Below are positions 62,568 through 64,000 of a stretch of 64,000 nucleotides of DNA, piece by piece. Below the pieces are notes generated by a model. It made no database searches and had not been told where the DNA came from. It saw nothing but the letters and a program-made list of their open reading frames with translations. The translations under genes and the position numbers were made by a program. Position 1 is the first letter of the stretch. Each line of letters opens with the position of its first letter. The stretch is taken from NCBI GenBank assembly GCA_965216785.1, contig OZ244197.1, positions 352,001 through 416,000 of the forward strand, read 5' to 3'. The DNA comes from Thermodesulfobacteriota bacterium. GTDB lineage: Bacteria > Desulfobacterota_D > UBA1144 > Nemesobacterales > UBA2774.

Positions 62568-63638
62568 ATGTCAATTACAAAAAAACCCATAATCGGCCTA
62601 ACTGTAATCTTAATATTGATATTAGCGTCTATACCGTTTCAAAATAAGATAGACGAAGCGCACGGTAAATTTAGCAGTATTGAGGGCAGCATATACCTAT
62701 CGTCCTCTATGCTCGACAAGATGTCTCTGGGGTACCAGGAAATTCTAGCCGATGTATATTGGCTTCGGGCGCTTCAGTACTTTGGCGGTAAAGATATTGA
62801 TGAGCAGGACCCCGAGCTTCTGTATCATTATTTTAATATAATTACCGATCTTGACCCGAAATTTGTAAACGCTTACAGGTATGGCGGCGCATTTTTGGCG
62901 GAGCCTCCCCCGTATGGACTTGGGAATTTTAAATTGGGTGTAAAGGTCTTTGAGAAAGGAAGAGAAAACAACCCCGATAATTTCAGACTGCCCCTTGAAC
63001 AAGCATTCCTATATTACATATACCCGAAGAATTACGCTAAAGCCGCTGAGCTTTTCGAAGAGGCCGGAGCTAAACCCGGACTATCGCCATTCAGAAAGGC
63101 ATCCATTAACGGCATGGCCGCCGCCGCTCACGCACATGGTGGAGACAGAAAAAATTCCAGGAAAATTTGGGAAACTATCTATGAAACGAGCCCGAGCGAA
63201 GGCAGGAGAAATTTCGCACTCAGAAACTTAAAAGAGATACAAACAATGGATATTGAGGACAATTTAACACTAGCTTTAAAAGAGTACAAGAAGCGTTTCA
63301 AGAAACTCCCGGAAGGGGTGGAGGAAATTGTCGATACCGGGATTATTGAATCGGTACCCGCCTCCCCTCTTGATGGACAGTTTATAATCGCGGCCCAAAT
63401 CGAAGCTGTGAAAGACAGTGCTTTGGCAGAGAGCAACCTGAATCAAAGTCTTAGGTTCCTGAACGCAAAATCGAGAAGGCATATGAAGACTTTCGGCGAA
63501 TACCCAAAAGATATAAATGAGCTCAGGGTGTATATTCAAGACTATACTACCAGCGATTTCCCAGCACACCCGCTTGGCGAGCCATATGACTACGATCCGG
63601 AAACAGGAAAAGTAACTTCTGGGGAAATTACAAAGTAA
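62568..63638 (+). CDS. Membrane-anchored TPR-like pilus accessory protein (PilG/XapA-like)
   Basis: N-terminal TM; LADVYWLRALQY, ITDLDPKF..AY..G, NPDNFRL; C-terminal P..PLG..Y modules. Confidence 0.7.
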   Translation: MSITKKPIIGLTVILILILASIPFQNKIDEAHGKFSSIEGSIYLSSSMLDKMSLGYQEILADVYWLRALQYFGGKDIDEQDPELLYHYFNIITDLDPKFVNAYRYGGAFLAEPPPYGLGNFKLGVKVFEKGRENNPDNFRLPLEQAFLYYIYPKNYAKAAELFEEAGAKPGLSPFRKASINGMAAAAHAHGGDRKNSRKIWETIYETSPSEGRRNFALRNLKEIQTMDIEDNLTLALKEYKKRFKKLPEGVEEIVDTGIIESVPASPLDGQFIIAAQIEAVKDSALAESNLNQSLRFLNAKSRRHMKTFGEYPKDINELRVYIQDYTTSDFPAHPLGEPYDYDPETGKVTSGEITK

Positions 63639-63641
63639 CCA

Positions 63642-64000
63642 TCAATTAATCTCTAGTACTACAAACTCCCTGGTACCTCCGGGGGCTTGTACAACAACGT
63701 CGTCGTCAACCTCTTTTCCGATCAGAGCGCGGCCGATTGGGGATGTAATGGATATAAGGCCGTTCTCGGGCTCTGATTCATCCGCACCTACGAGCTGATA
63801 ACTAACAGTCTCACCGGTGTCCAAGTCCTCAAGCGTAACCTTTATTCCGAACGTAACTCTGTCTTTATTGGTAAGCTCCGCGGGGTCAATAACCTCTGCC
63901 CTGCTGATCTTGCTCTCAAGCTCCTGGATCCTGCCTTCAACAAAAGATTGACGGTCTTTTGCCGTCTCATACTCCGCGTTTTCTGACAGGTCCCCGAGTG
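63642..64000 (-). CDS. greA: Transcription elongation factor GreA, 5' part outside the window
   Basis: LGDLSENAEY..AK..Q..VEGRI, ISITSPIGRALIGK. Confidence 0.95.
   Translation of the reverse strand, partial: LGDLSENAEYETAKDRQSFVEGRIQELESKISRAEVIDPAELTNKDRVTFGIKVTLEDLDTGETVSYQLVGADESEPENGLISITSPIGRALIGKEVDDDVVVQAPGGTREFVVLEIN

Overview
A gene-dense, mostly housekeeping bacterial chromosome segment with about 57 CDS (partial ABC ATPase at the left edge, partial greA at the right). I found no rRNA, tRNA, CRISPR array, transposase, integrase or phage genes. The gene set (futalosine menaquinone genes mqnA/mqnD, TamB and YdbH-type AsmA proteins, a sigma54-driven type IVa pilin followed by a PilH/PilI-like ABC transporter, cofC) suggests a diderm of the former delta-proteobacterial/Dadabacteria kind; this is inference only. 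Normally operonic genes are scattered (nuoGH alone, pheS without pheT, sucD without sucC, hisA-hisF without hisH). Several genes lack an SD but have a -10 box 6-14 nt before the ATG. Best leads for new biology: (i) an oxoprolinase/hydantoinase-B, RRE-like-fused Memo protein and dipeptidase cluster; (ii) a gamma-glutamylcyclotransferase fused to a Zn-hydrolase, next to cofC, an ALDH and an FAD/Fe-S hydroxyacid dehydrogenase; (iii) two paralogous acidic pilins with a Dx[DN]xDG motif plus an accessory protein with duplicated pseudopilin-like modules; (iv) a YnbE-YdbL-like fusion beside a YdbH-like protein; (v) a 3'-UTR hairpin exposing an anti-SD loop. All calls are by eye from motifs; no searches were run.
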